Assembly (NCBI GenBank): GCA_963821875.1 | Contig: CAWGFE010000002.1 | Location: forward strand, 739,643-803,642 | DNA: 64,000 nt | From: an uncultured Alphaproteobacteria bacterium | GTDB taxonomy: Bacteria > Pseudomonadota > Alphaproteobacteria > CAVTAV01 | Reading direction: 5' to 3' | Part shown: in pieces, positions 58,129 to 64,000 of the stretch | Position numbering within the stretch: the stretch's first letter is position 1 | How the letters are laid out: each line of letters starts with the position of its first letter | Translations under genes and position numbers: made by a program | The notes under the pieces: model-generated | Told to the model about the DNA's origin: nothing | The model's input: the letters and a program-made list of their open reading frames with translations, nothing else | Databases searched by the model: none

Positions 58129-60027
58129 CTATTGGCAGGCCAGGCATTCTTCGTAGTCGGTCGGCGCGGAGACCAGCGGCTTGGTCGGCAGCACCCGGGT
58201 GTTGTCTGCCTCCACGCCCGCGAAGGACGCGCGCTGCACCGATTTGGAGCGGCAGTAATAGAGGCTCTTTACGCCGAGCTCCCAAGCCTTCCAATGCAGC
58301 ATCATCAGGTCCCATTTGTCGACGTCGCCGGGCAGGAACAGGTTGATCGACTGGCCCTGGCAGACATAGGGCGTGCGGTCGGCGGCCAATTCGACGATCC
58401 AGCGCTGGTCGATTTCGAAAGCCGTGCGATAGCAGGCCTTCTCGTCGTCCGAAAGGCCGTCGAGATGCTGGACCGAGCCCTCGTGCTGAAGGACCGAATG
58501 CCAGATCTCCGGCGTGTCCATGCCCTTTTCGGCCAGCAGGTTCTGGAGATGCGGGTTCTTCACCGTGAACGAGCCCGACAGAGTCTTGTGCGTATAGACA
58601 TTGGCCGGGATCGGCTCGACGCAGGGGCTGGTGCCGCCGCAGATGATGCTGATCGAGGCGGTCGGCGCGATCGCCATTTTGTGGCTGAACCGGGCCTTCA
58701 CGCCGCGTTCCTCGGCGTCGGGGCACGGGCCACGCTCTTCGGCCAGCGTGACCGAGGCGGCATCCGCGCCGGCGCGGATATGCTTGAACAGCCGGATGTT
58801 CCAGGCCTTGGCGACGGCGCTCTCGAACGGAATGCCCTGGCTTTGCAGGAAGGAATGGAAGCCCATGAGACCGAGACCCACCGAGCGCTCCCGCGTTGCC
58901 GAATAGACCGCGTTGGCCATGCTCTCCGGCGCGGTGTCGATGAAGGACTGGAGCACGTTGTCGAGGAACCGCATGATGTCCTCGACGAACATCGGGTCGT
59001 CCTTCCACTCGAAATATTTCTCGGCGTTGATCGAGGACAGGCAGCACACGGCGGTGCGCCTGTGGCCCAGATGATCCTTGCCGGTATGCAGCATGATCTC
59101 GCTGCAGAGATTGGAGGTGGTGACCTTCAGGCCGAGATCGCGCTGATGCTTGGCCATGCGGCTGTTCACCGTATCGGCGAAGATCAGATAAGGCTCGCCG
59201 GTCTGCAGCCGGGTCTCGAGAATCTTCTGCCACAGCTCGCGGGCATTCACATAACGCCGGATCTCGCCGTTCTTGGGGCTCTTGAGCGCGAACGGCTTGT
59301 CGTCGCGCACGGCCTCCATGAATTCGTCGGTAATGTTGATGCCGTGATGGAGATTGAGGCTCTTGCGGTTGAAATCGCCGGACGGCTTGCGGATCTCGAG
59401 GAATTCCTCGATCTCGGGATGATAGACATCGAGATAGACCGCCGCCGAGCCGCGCCGCAGCGAGCCCTGGCTGATCGCCAGCGTGAGGGAATCCATCACG
59501 CGCACGAAGGGAATGATGCCGGAGGTTTCGCCGGCCCCCTTCACCTTCTCGCCGATCGAGCGGACCTGGCCCCAATAGGTGCCGATGCCGCCGCCGTTCG
59601 AGGCGAGCCAGACATTTTCGTTCCAGGTGCCGACGATGCCGTCGAGATCGTCCGACACCGCATTGAGGAAGCAGGAGATCGGCAGGCCGCGCTTGGTGCC
59701 GCCATTGGAGAGCACCGGCGTCGCCGGCATGAACCACAGCCGGGACATGTAATCGTAAATACGCTGCGCATGAGCCTGATCGTCCGCATAGGCCTTGGCG
59801 ACGCGGGCGAACATGTCCTGATAGGATTCGTCCGGCAGCAGATAGCGGTCTCGCAGCGTCGTCTTGCCGAATTCGGTCAGCAGCGCGTCGCGCCGCCGGT
59901 CGATGCGGACCTCTCGCGGCACCACCTTGACGGGTGCGGGCTTCTGAACTGGCTGGGTTGTTTTTGGTTGGATATCCGCGACGGTAGCCGTCGGGTGAAG
60001 AGTAAGCGACTCACTCGCAGTGGCCAT
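58129..60027 (-). CDS. nrdA: class I ribonucleotide reductase alpha (R1) subunit, short form without ATP-cone
   Basis: ...PISCFLNAVSDDLDG..., NLCSEIML (active-site Cys), C-terminal YEECLACQ redox tail. The ATG at 60027 (MATASESL) is taken as the start; the upstream portion of the ORF track is probably leader. Confidence 0.9.
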   Translation of the reverse strand: MATASESLTLHPTATVADIQPKTTQPVQKPAPVKVVPREVRIDRRRDALLTEFGKTTLRDRYLLPDESYQDMFARVAKAYADDQAHAQRIYDYMSRLWFMPATPVLSNGGTKRGLPISCFLNAVSDDLDGIVGTWNENVWLASNGGGIGTYWGQVRSIGEKVKGAGETSGIIPFVRVMDSLTLAISQGSLRRGSAAVYLDVYHPEIEEFLEIRKPSGDFNRKSLNLHHGINITDEFMEAVRDDKPFALKSPKNGEIRRYVNARELWQKILETRLQTGEPYLIFADTVNSRMAKHQRDLGLKVTTSNLCSEIMLHTGKDHLGHRRTAVCCLSSINAEKYFEWKDDPMFVEDIMRFLDNVLQSFIDTAPESMANAVYSATRERSVGLGLMGFHSFLQSQGIPFESAVAKAWNIRLFKHIRAGADAASVTLAEERGPCPDAEERGVKARFSHKMAIAPTASISIICGGTSPCVEPIPANVYTHKTLSGSFTVKNPHLQNLLAEKGMDTPEIWHSVLQHEGSVQHLDGLSDDEKACYRTAFEIDQRWIVELAADRTPYVCQGQSINLFLPGDVDKWDLMMLHWKAWELGVKSLYYCRSKSVQRASFAGVEADNTRVLPTKPLVSAPTDYEECLACQ

Positions 60028-60241
60028 GACGAAACTTTCCCGTTCCTCCGCCCGAACCGCTCTCATACCGGTCCGATTTGTTGCCCTCGCGCCGCCCCCG
60101 GCGCATTCTCTCCCCAAACTCCAGGCAAAACTTCCCCGTCCGGCCGGAGCCGGTTTTTCGCCTTAAAATTGTGGGTTTCAGCCCGTTTTGGAGTTTAGTC
60201 CCTTGTCCACCGCCCACATGTAGAATGCCCAATAGCGGTGA

Positions 60242-60257
60242 ACACAAGATATAGTGT
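60242..60257 (-). promoter_or_regulatory. NrdR box upstream of nrdAB
   Basis: Minus strand ACACTATATCTTGTGT, compared with the NrdR consensus acaCwAtATaTwGtgt. About 215 nt upstream of the nrdA ATG. A degenerate second box, cCACATgTAgAaTGcc, lies about 28 bp away at 60214-60229. Confidence 0.5.
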
Positions 60258-60679
60258 CGTTAGACGGGGGCTCTGTCAATCAGATCTCGTAAAAAATTTG
60301 TTAAGTCAAAAAGACTAGCAAATTCAATAAGATCGGACGGAGGCTTCGGGGGAGGATTGAGGCTGCCGGCTGGTGCTTCTGAAGGATCCGACAGCGACGC
60401 GACGTCGGGTGATTTGCTTTCTGACGTCATAACGCGGCCGAACAGCCGCGTCGAGACCGCAAATGCGCTAAATCCACCGGCAAGTTGCGCAATGACGAAA
60501 TCAGGCGCGTCGATTGGCCGGATTCCCGCGAAAGTGTCCGAGACTGCCCGCGCCGAACAGCTCAGCCGGATTGAAGGCGTCCTCCACCCCTTTTATCCGT
60601 GTCCAGCGTTATACGGGCCTCTGTCCGTACACGGCTGCATGGTCATCAATTCTCTCGGCGTGTACTTCGTATTCCAGCA

Positions 60680-61795
60680 TCATGCGTGGCCGCGGCCGTT
60701 TCGCTTCACAGCCGCGCCGCTTTCGTACCAGCCTTTCGTGCTGTTCACGATCTTGACAACGCTCAACATCACGGGAACCTCGATAAGCACCCCGACCACA
60801 GTCGCAAGCGCCGCGCCGGAAGAGAACCCGAACAGGCTGATTGCCGCCGCAACCGCCAGTTCGAAGAAGTTGCTCGCGCCGATCAGCGCCGAGGGTGCGG
60901 CCACGCAATGGGTCTCGCCTGTCGCGCGGTTCAGGAGATAGGCCAGGCCGGCGTTGAAATAGACCTGTATCAGGATCGGCACGGCCAGCAATCCGATGAT
61001 GATCGGCTGGGCGATAATCTGCTCGCCCTGAAAGCCGAACAGCAGCACGAGCGTGGACAGCAGCGCGACAAGAGAGAGCGGCTGCAATGTTCCAAGCAGG
61101 GCCTGTAGCCGCGCCTCACCTCCGGACGATAATGCCCGCCACCGGATAAACTGCGACAGAATAACCGGCACGACGATATAGAGCCCGACCGAAAGCAGCA
61201 GGGTTTCCCAAGGTACGGTGATCGCCGATAGCCCAAGCAGCAAGCCCACGATGGGCGCGAAGGCGAAGACCATGATGACGTCATTCAGCGCGACCTGGCT
61301 GAGCGTGAAACGCGGTTCGCCGTCCGACAGGTTGCTCCAGACAAACACCATTGCCGTACAGGGCGCTGCCGCCAGCAGGATCAGCCCGGCGATATAGGAG
61401 TTGATCTGGTCTGCGGGCAGATAGGGCCTGAACAGGAAACCGATGAAGAGCCAGCCCAGAAGCGCCATGGAGAACGGCTTGACGGCCCAGTTGATAAACA
61501 GCGTCACGCCGATGCCGCGCCAGTGCTCCCTGACCTTGGACAAGGCGCCGAAGTCGATCTTTATCAGCATGGGGATAATCATCAGCCAGATCAGCACGGC
61601 CACCGGCAGGTTGACCTGTGCAAGCGCCATCCCGCCGATGGCATGGAAAACGCCGGGAAGAACATGGCCGAGGCCGATCCCGGCCACAATGCACAGTGCC
61701 ACCCACAAGGTCAGGTAGCGCTCGAAGACATTCATCGCCGGCTTGTCTGGTAAGGCTGGCTTATCTGGCTGGGCGGCCGGAGCGTCACTATTCAT
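60680..61795 (-). CDS. acr3: arsenite efflux transporter, ACR3 family
   Basis: MNVFERYLTLWVALCIVAGIGLG... 10-TM ACR3 topology, 350-370 aa. Alternative starts are TTG 61801 and ATG 61735. Confidence 0.85.
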   Translation of the reverse strand: MNSDAPAAQPDKPALPDKPAMNVFERYLTLWVALCIVAGIGLGHVLPGVFHAIGGMALAQVNLPVAVLIWLMIIPMLIKIDFGALSKVREHWRGIGVTLFINWAVKPFSMALLGWLFIGFLFRPYLPADQINSYIAGLILLAAAPCTAMVFVWSNLSDGEPRFTLSQVALNDVIMVFAFAPIVGLLLGLSAITVPWETLLLSVGLYIVVPVILSQFIRWRALSSGGEARLQALLGTLQPLSLVALLSTLVLLFGFQGEQIIAQPIIIGLLAVPILIQVYFNAGLAYLLNRATGETHCVAAPSALIGASNFFELAVAAAISLFGFSSGAALATVVGVLIEVPVMLSVVKIVNSTKGWYESGAAVKRNGRGHA

Positions 61796-62042
61796 CTTCA
61801 ATTACCGAGGGTCACGGGATTGTGGTCGGTCATGCGCTTTTGGGCAAGGACTGACCAATCTCGTTCAGCTGGCGGCGCGCCGCCGTCTCATCGTTGGTAT
61901 CCAGTGTCCGATCGAGGAACATACCGATATGCGCGCGCAAGGCCTCGTATGCCGCGCGTTTCCCATAGCCGATGACGGTGGCGAGCAGGGAGGCCGTGCC
62001 GATGAATTCCGCACCGGGTCGCCGGGAGAGGTCCATGGTCTC

Positions 62043-62558
62043 TCAGTCCTTGTGCTTGCCGATGTCGCGCAGGCGTTTTTGGAGAGTCAGTTGGTCGAGG
62101 CTCTTCAGCGGCAGGCTGACCAGGATCGAGATCCGGTTGTTCAGCATGCGGTAGGCGTCGGCGAAAGCGAGCCGGCGCTCGGCTTCGGTGCCCCCGGCGG
62201 CGGCCGGATCCGGCACGCCCCAATGGGCCGTCATGGGCTGGCCGGGCCATATGGGGCAGACCTCGTTGGCTGCGTCGTCGCATACCGTGAAGACGAAATC
62301 CATCGCCGGCGTGTCCGCGCGGGCGAACTCGTCCCAGCTTTTCGAGCGCAGCCCGTCCGTCGCATAGCTCAGGGACTTCAGGAGGTTGAGCGCGAAGGGG
62401 TGAACCGCTCCCTTGGGATGGGAGCCGGCCGAATAGGCCTTGAACCGTCCGCCGCCTTCCCGGTTCAGGATGCATTCGGCCATGATCGACCGCGCCGAAT
62501 TGCCGGTGCAGAGGAACAGGACGTTGTAAACGGCATCGGCGGGCGCGTTATCGGCCAT
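62043..62558 (-). CDS. arsC: arsenate reductase, LMW-PTP/thioredoxin-coupled type
   Basis: VLFLCTGNSARSIMAE (CX5R P-loop). The start MADNAPADAVYNVLFLC is at 62558. Confidence 0.85.
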   Translation of the reverse strand: MADNAPADAVYNVLFLCTGNSARSIMAECILNREGGGRFKAYSAGSHPKGAVHPFALNLLKSLSYATDGLRSKSWDEFARADTPAMDFVFTVCDDAANEVCPIWPGQPMTAHWGVPDPAAAGGTEAERRLAFADAYRMLNNRISILVSLPLKSLDQLTLQKRLRDIGKHKD

Positions 62559-62925
62559 GGCCTGTTTCCTTGAGATCGGTTTCCGCAAAGTCGACATCGC
62601 CGACGTCCAGTTCGGCGATTACTGGCAGACAGATCTGCGGATGGCCGGCGCAGCAGTCCTTCATGAGATATTCCAGGAGGTCGCGGGTCGTCTCGAGATC
62701 GATCCGGTAGCGCACCATGCGGCCCTGGCGCATGCCGATCGCCAGTCCGGCATGGGCGAGAATGGCCAGATGCGTCGACGCCGTGTTCTGCGGCGCCCCG
62801 ACCGCCGTCGCGATTTCGCCCGCCGGCAGGCCTTCCGTCCCGGCCTTGATGAGAAGCCGGAAGATCGTGAGCCGCGTCGGCTGTGCCAGCGCCGAGAGAA
62901 TGGACGTCGCCTGTTCAATTTCCAT
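62548..62925 (-). CDS. arsR: ArsR-family metalloregulatory transcriptional repressor
   Basis: MEIEQATSILSALAQPTRLTIFRLL (winged HTH) ... C-terminal CCAGHP metal-binding cysteines. Overlaps the arsC start by 11 nt. Confidence 0.8.
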   Translation of the reverse strand: MEIEQATSILSALAQPTRLTIFRLLIKAGTEGLPAGEIATAVGAPQNTASTHLAILAHAGLAIGMRQGRMVRYRIDLETTRDLLEYLMKDCCAGHPQICLPVIAELDVGDVDFAETDLKETGHGR

Positions 62926-63334
62926 ATTTCCAGATATCCCGATATATGGAAGTAAGTCAACAGCAATCTTGCCGGCCCGGCCGATTGGAGAACGGATCGC
63001 TGGGGAAGACGAAACAGGCGCGGTTCCGCCGTGACATCCAACGAGGGAACGCGCGCCCAAATATTAACGATGTAATTTAACCGTATATATTAATCATGAT
63101 TCAAATAATCGAAAATCTATTGCCCTATATTAACAATAAATACGCGGAAATTAAGGACATATCATCGGAAATTTCCCAAAATAATCCACCAATATTGTGG
63201 TTTCTCCAATTATGAAATTGACCGTGTTTCATTTCGACCGGTATTATTTGGACGCAATTTAACACCGTCGGACGTGCGCGGGCCGCATCGCCTTCGGATC
63301 AAGAAAAAGTCCCCTCAAGAGGGAGAAGGTCATA

Positions 63335-63892
63335 ATGAACGCGCTCGTGAGGCTGGCTGCAGGGATGGTACTGGCGGCCGGATTGTCTTCTGCGGCCGAT
63401 GCGGCGACGGTCGGTCTGCCGTCTACCGGCGGCGGCACCGCCTGCTACGGCGATTGTACGGTGGACTTTACCTTGTCGGCATCGTCGACCGTGTCTGTCA
63501 CCGGCGACCCGGTGGCCACCGTGAGCAGTTTCAGTCTCGCGCCGATGACCATGAGTTTCATGAGCTTTGGCTACGGCGGTTTCGGCGGCAGCCATTCCAA
63601 TCATTACAGCTGGAATCTGTATGACGGGTTCGGTCATCAGGTCGGCCATGGCGACGGCTATTCCTCCACCGATCCCAGTCCCTCGTCGTTCCTGACCCAA
63701 TTTCTTGGCAGAGGGCGTTACAGCTTTCACATCACGTTCGACGACCCCACCAAGGGCTGCGACATCAGGGTTCACATTCCCGACGCGCCGATCCCGGGCT
63801 CCGCGCTTCTGTTCGGTTCGGGACTCGCCGGACTCGGCTTTGCCTGCCGCCGTAAGTCCAGCAAGTCTCGCGCGAGTGCCGCCAAAGCTTGA
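63335..63892 (+). CDS. secreted protein with C-terminal VPLPA/PEP-CTERM-type sorting signal
   Basis: Signal peptide MNALVRLAAGMVLAAGLSSAADA. The C-terminus DAPIPGSALLFGSGLAGLGFACRRKSSK is a Pro-containing motif, then a TM helix, then an Arg/Lys cluster. Good RBS (GAGGGAGAAGG). Confidence 0.55.
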   Translation: MNALVRLAAGMVLAAGLSSAADAATVGLPSTGGGTACYGDCTVDFTLSASSTVSVTGDPVATVSSFSLAPMTMSFMSFGYGGFGGSHSNHYSWNLYDGFGHQVGHGDGYSSTDPSPSSFLTQFLGRGRYSFHITFDDPTKGCDIRVHIPDAPIPGSALLFGSGLAGLGFACRRKSSKSRASAAKA

Positions 63893-64000
63893 AGTCCCTG
63901 ACTGCCCCTAAATCATAGCGCCGCGTCCGGACCTGTCCCATTGTGACACGCCGCGCGCCTGACGCGCCCCGTCCAATTCTCGCCGCCGACGGTGCGAATC

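Noticed and set aside
60018-60024. B12-box-like GCCACTG on the nrdA strand, suggesting a cobalamin riboswitch controlling class I RNR
   Set aside because: The heptamer is codons 2-4 (A-T-A) of nrdA itself, and the upstream 270 nt lack the other conserved riboswitch elements (GGTGC, AAnnGGGAA). Treated as coincidence.
60357-60941. 194-aa + strand ORF
   Set aside because: Overlaps the 3' end of the minus-strand acr3 gene and the nrdA upstream region. Low-complexity, with no family resemblance.

Overview
GC-rich (about 65% GC) chromosomal segment with alphaproteobacterial gene order, densely coding on both strands. No transposase, integrase or CRISPR array is visible. Left to right it contains: a partial peroxiredoxin; an ethylmalonyl-CoA pathway cluster (B12-dependent ethylmalonyl-CoA-mutase-like gene with an apparent frameshift, crotonyl-CoA carboxylase/reductase ccr, methylsuccinyl-CoA-dehydrogenase-like acyl-CoA dehydrogenase); a secreted C-type-lectin-like protein; a HIG1-like small membrane protein; a PduO-type cobalamin adenosyltransferase; etfB-etfA-hbd; a TlpA-like thioredoxin; argH, a small LptM-like lipoprotein, lysA and a DUF4175 low-complexity protein; a zinc-ribbon protein, ftsE, ftsX, a YdcF/DUF218 protein and plsC; a DnaA-box-like motif cluster upstream of the class II B12-dependent ribonucleotide reductase nrdJ; a soluble globin-coupled MCP sensor; recR-ybaB-dnaX with the SRP RNA (ffs) and a 15-bp tandem repeat upstream; nudC; pheA; a membrane-anchored cytochrome c; yejABEF-type peptide ABC transporter; an NDUFA9-like protein; a HAD hydrolase; tRNA-Leu(CAG); rnd; lptC-lptA-lptB-rpoN-hpf-ptsN; hsp20 plus DUF1150 with a sigma32-type promoter and ROSE-like leader; a TPR/SPOR lipoprotein; an unusual ParA(ParF)-like ATPase plus RHH(ParG-like) plus hypothetical operon with upstream direct repeats; a Sel1/SPOR protein; aminopeptidase P; several uncharacterised envelope proteins; a thioesterase; class I ribonucleotide reductase nrdAB with an NrdR box; an arsR-arsC-acr3 arsenic resistance operon; an AT-rich island; and a VPLPA/PEP-CTERM-type secreted protein. 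The most unusual element is the orphan ParA-like/RHH/hypothetical cassette flanked by two SPOR-domain proteins. Two apparent frame disruptions (the mutase gene and the YdcF start) need checking against reads.
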